From Staphylococcus phage S6, in the sequence record LC680885.1: DNA of 64,000 bases. One strand, written 5' to 3'. Shown piece by piece: positions 60,818-64,000 of the stretch. Position 1 is the first letter of the stretch. Each line of letters starts with the position of its first letter. The translations under genes and the position numbers were made by a program. A model generated the notes under the pieces. That model was not told where the DNA came from and did not search any database. It worked only from the letters and a program-made list of their open reading frames with translations.

Positions 60818-62752
60818 ATGTCTAATCAAGATAATAAATATGAACGTAAAAGAGCTATAACAGGATATTTAGAAAATTTAATCAAATTAATTAAAATAAG
60901 AAAACCTGATATTGATAATGAAAAGTTAATTAATACTTGTAGAGAGTATATTAAAAAACATGTAGATCCAGCTTTAATAGAAATATCTGGACAAAAAATG
61001 AATGTGGATACAACTTTAAGACAAATTATAGATAATAATTTAATTGTAACTGGTTCTGGTTCTATTTATCAGCCTCAATCACAAAGAAAAAATTTAAATG
61101 CAGACATGTTAAAAGACTTTATAGATTCTCGTAAAGTAGCTAAACATAATATGTTTATATATAAAGGTAAAGATGATGTTTTACATGATAAATATATGAA
61201 CGAACAAAAAACAATTAAGATCTTGGCTAACAGTTATTACGGTGCTATGATTCAAAAGAATAGTACATTCTATGATGCTAATTCAGGTCCAGCAACTACA
61301 TATAGTGGTGTTGATATTGTAACTACTTCAGCAATAGCTTTAGAAAGATTTATAGGTGGAAAAATATTCTTTATGAAAATTGATGAAATATATCATTATA
61401 TATTAAGAATAATCAATGAAGAATATAAAGATCATGATATTAAAATAAAAACAATTCCAACTGATATGGAAATTTTAGAAGGTTTAGTTTCTAATGTTGA
61501 AGAATCTTTTAGCGAAGAAGAATATCTTAAATTAGAAGAAGTATTTAGTAAATTAAGTCAAGAAGATAAAAATAAGGTATATTTCAAAAATAACTTATTT
61601 GGTTTAATTGATCATACTGATATATTTGAGAATAAAATTAGTAAAATGACTGGTAGAGAAGATTTCTTAGATCCGAACGAACCACCTGAAGATATGATTC
61701 CATTATTAGATGAATTATTTGAAATATTAAAAGATTGGGTTATATACAACTATCAAGATTATAATAGAATGTATAGAATGAATTACAAGAAACGTAGAAG
61801 TGTTCTCACAATTGACACAGATTCAAATTTCGTTCACTTAGATCCATTATACGAAAAAATGAAATCATTAAAACCTGAAGATTTTCCTTTAGCAGAAAAT
61901 GGTTTAGAAGATAAATTAGAAGAACGTGTAGGTAATATATCTATTATTAACTATCAAATAACTAAATTATTAGAATTATCTTACTATGGATTCTGTAAAG
62001 ATGTAGGATTAGAAGAAGAACATTTAGGTTTAATATCAATGAAAAATGAATTTTTACTTGATAAACAATTAACAACAGATAAAAAGAAAACTTATGCATC
62101 ATCAGTAATTCAACAAGAAGGTAATTTAATTCAACCTCCAGATTTAGATGTTAAAGGTATGGCTATTAGAAAAGTTAACACTAATAAACGTATTAGAGAA
62201 TTATTTACTGAAATATTACAAAAAGATATTTTAGAAAATAAAACTGGTGTAGATCGTATTAAGATAATACGTAAATTTAAAGATATTGAAGAAATGATTA
62301 AGAAATCATTAGATAATGGAGAAATTGAATTCTTAAAACCGTTTAAAGCTAATAATGCTGAAGTGTATAAAGATCCTTATTCTCAAATGGCTTATAGAGC
62401 TGCTTTAGCATGGAATATAATGTTCCCAGAAAAGGAAATAGCACTACCTGCTAAGATATTAGCAGTTAAATTAAATATTAGTACATTTGGAGATATTAAG
62501 AATAAGATAACTGATGAAAATACTTTAAATAGATTTAGAGAAGTATTTAAGAATGAAAGTTTAGTTAAAAATGGTTTAAATGTAATTGCAGTTGAAGGTA
62601 ATACAATTCCTGAAGAGTTTAGACCTTTTATTGACTATGATAGTATGATTGAAGATCATATTAAACCAGGTAAAGATATTATTGAATCTATAGGAGTTAG
62701 AGTATTGGAATCTTCAAATAGCTCATTTGTATCTAATATGATTAAATTCTAA
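60818..62752 (+). CDS. family B DNA polymerase, C-terminal (palm/fingers/thumb) fragment encoded as a separate gene
   Basis: Motif B KILANSYYGAM, motif C LTIDTDSNFVHL, and KKKTYA (KKRY-like). There is no exonuclease domain and no motif A. It has its own AAGGAGATGAG RBS and ATG. The upstream gene is on the opposite strand. Confidence 0.8.
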   Translation: MSNQDNKYERKRAITGYLENLIKLIKIRKPDIDNEKLINTCREYIKKHVDPALIEISGQKMNVDTTLRQIIDNNLIVTGSGSIYQPQSQRKNLNADMLKDFIDSRKVAKHNMFIYKGKDDVLHDKYMNEQKTIKILANSYYGAMIQKNSTFYDANSGPATTYSGVDIVTTSAIALERFIGGKIFFMKIDEIYHYILRIINEEYKDHDIKIKTIPTDMEILEGLVSNVEESFSEEEYLKLEEVFSKLSQEDKNKVYFKNNLFGLIDHTDIFENKISKMTGREDFLDPNEPPEDMIPLLDELFEILKDWVIYNYQDYNRMYRMNYKKRRSVLTIDTDSNFVHLDPLYEKMKSLKPEDFPLAENGLEDKLEERVGNISIINYQITKLLELSYYGFCKDVGLEEEHLGLISMKNEFLLDKQLTTDKKKTYASSVIQQEGNLIQPPDLDVKGMAIRKVNTNKRIRELFTEILQKDILENKTGVDRIKIIRKFKDIEEMIKKSLDNGEIEFLKPFKANNAEVYKDPYSQMAYRAALAWNIMFPEKEIALPAKILAVKLNISTFGDIKNKITDENTLNRFREVFKNESLVKNGLNVIAVEGNTIPEEFRPFIDYDSMIEDHIKPGKDIIESIGVRVLESSNSSFVSNMIKF

Positions 62753-62756
62753 ATAA

Positions 62757-63353
62757 TTGAATGAGGTATTTATTATGGAAAAATACTATAAATTTAATTT
62801 ATTTGAGTGCATACTAAAAAATATTGGTATGCACTCAGATAAATATGAAAATTTGATAAGTAATATAAATAAAAATTTTACATCTTTATATTTTTATGAC
62901 TATGAGATTAATAATAGTGATATAGATAAATTGATATATGATAACATTCAAAAACAATTAATTGATGATAGTTATTTTTTATTTGAAATCAATAATAAAG
63001 AAGAAAGACTATTAGTTGATTTTGAAAATAACCTTTTATATGATAAATATAATGAGAAAATAGGAATGGTTTCTTTAAATAGGATTACTTCTTCTAGAGT
63101 AAATTTATTTTCAGATTTTGAGAATAAATATAGAGATTTAATATTTATGGAAAAAGAAGATATAAAATATGAAAATTTAATTGATATGGGATTTAATATT
63201 GTTACTACTTTTGAAATTTCTACCGTATGTAAAAATAAAATAAATAATTTTAGTTACTTTGGTTTTGATATTAAAGATAATAAAAATAATCTATTAATTG
63301 AATGTGATGAAAAAGAATTCAAAATTAATAAAGTTAAGAATAATTTTATATAA
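62757..63353 (+). CDS. hypothetical protein (198 aa)
   Basis: ORF 4 nt after the polymerase stop. GAATGAGG RBS-like sequence. Confidence 0.45.
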   Translation: MNEVFIMEKYYKFNLFECILKNIGMHSDKYENLISNINKNFTSLYFYDYEINNSDIDKLIYDNIQKQLIDDSYFLFEINNKEERLLVDFENNLLYDKYNEKIGMVSLNRITSSRVNLFSDFENKYRDLIFMEKEDIKYENLIDMGFNIVTTFEISTVCKNKINNFSYFGFDIKDNKNNLLIECDEKEFKINKVKNNFI

Positions 63354-63402
63354 TTAGAAAAGTTAAAAGATAAATTTATTAATGATTATGAATAAGGAGA
63401 CT

Positions 63403-64000
63403 TTGAATTTTATGTATAAAGAAGATGAAATGAATACAGGTCATATAGTTGCTGATTGTGATGAAGTTTTAGTAAATATTTCCCCTAAGATAGTTCAATT
63501 AATGCATGAAGATTTTGATTATTACAGTCAATTCTTTAGACTATCTCCAGAGTATAATTACGGTACTCATTACAATACAGTTCTTAATCGTCCTGAATAT
63601 TATATTGACCAATGGTTAGTAAGAAAAGATGTTTATGAAAGATTTTCTGAAGATGAAGTTAATGAAGCTAGAAATAGGTTACAAAATGAAATTATATTTA
63701 AAAAAGATTTATACGATACATTAGAACCAACAAATTTAGCTAAAAGTTTATCATATACAATCAATACACCTTTAATGAATAGATTATCAATTGTAACTAA
63801 AACTTCTGATAATAACTTAAAATCTAAAGAGAAATTTTTGAAAACTTTATTTAGAGGAAGTATGGAAAAGGTTGATATTTATTATCTTGAATCAGATGAA
63901 AAGAAATCAGATGTAATTAATACATTAGGTTATGTTACTAGAATATATGAGGATGAAGTTAGTAATATTAAAGACATTATTATGAATTGTGATAATGTTA
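63403..64000 (+). CDS. partial ORF (runs off the window end), possible HAD-superfamily 5'(3')-deoxyribonucleotidase-like protein
   Basis: AAGGAGAC RBS. N-terminal HIVADCDEVLVN carries a DxDxV motif typical of HAD nucleotidases. Read from the sequence, not listed in the ORF track. Confidence 0.3.
   Translation, partial: MNFMYKEDEMNTGHIVADCDEVLVNISPKIVQLMHEDFDYYSQFFRLSPEYNYGTHYNTVLNRPEYYIDQWLVRKDVYERFSEDEVNEARNRLQNEIIFKKDLYDTLEPTNLAKSLSYTINTPLMNRLSIVTKTSDNNLKSKEKFLKTLFRGSMEKVDIYYLESDEKKSDVINTLGYVTRIYEDEVSNIKDIIMNCDNV

Noticed and set aside
1-64000. CRISPR arrays or integrase/attachment sites
   Set aside because: No regularly spaced direct repeats were seen and no tyrosine or serine recombinase motifs. 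The window reads as contiguous lytic-phage modules.

Overview
This 64 kb window is densely coded, very AT-rich DNA (my estimate is below 30% GC) with strong AAGGAG-type ribosome-binding sites. It is best explained as part of a large contractile-tailed (myovirus-type) phage genome from a low-GC host. No rRNA, tRNA or CRISPR array was found. Every call below rests on motif-level reading of the six-frame translations, not on database searches.

Main blocks, start to end:
- 0.2-15 kb, head module: an 847-aa and a 278-aa protein of unknown function; a small lysis-like cluster (a protein with a PG_binding_1-type C-terminus, a weakly amidase-like protein and a small membrane protein); a prohead-protease gene (T4 gp21-like by motif recollection) on the minus strand, interrupted by a ~1.2 kb group-I-type intron that carries a LAGLIDADG homing endonuclease; two acidic scaffold-like proteins; a 534-aa putative major capsid protein with shifted codon usage and a strong terminator; a HExxH membrane protein; and the terminase large subunit.
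- 15-21.5 kb: two acidic proteins of unknown function, then a class Ib ribonucleotide reductase cluster, nrdH-(orf)-nrdI-nrdE-(orf)-nrdF. NrdE aligns closely with enterobacterial NrdE, including the FQPATPTFLN...GELVSCFLL block.
- 21.6-44.4 kb, tail module: a 1050-aa tail sheath and a tail tube on the plus strand, converging on minus-strand genes that include two adjacent paralogous ~2000-aa tape-measure-like proteins. Between them these carry four peptidoglycan-hydrolase domains (M23 peptidase plus SGNH/GDSL hydrolase on one; phage-tail-lysozyme-like plus NlpC/P60 on the other) and share several near-identical modules.
- 44.7-64 kb, replication and early-like block: a Dda/RecD-like SF1 helicase; an array of small coiled-coil ORFs; a MoxR-type AAA+ ATPase paired with a DUF2201-like HExxH + von Willebrand A (VWA) protein; several large hypothetical proteins, each followed by its own terminator; three tandem ~200-aa paralogs; a stand-alone C-terminal half of a family-B DNA polymerase (motifs B, C and KKxY present, exonuclease domain and motif A absent); and a partial HAD-type nucleotidase-like ORF at the window end.

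The most unusual observations are a conserved C-terminal K[ED]N[FL]K tag shared by at least five otherwise different proteins in two clusters, the duplicated giant tail proteins, the intron with its endonuclease in the protease gene, and the apparently split polymerase.
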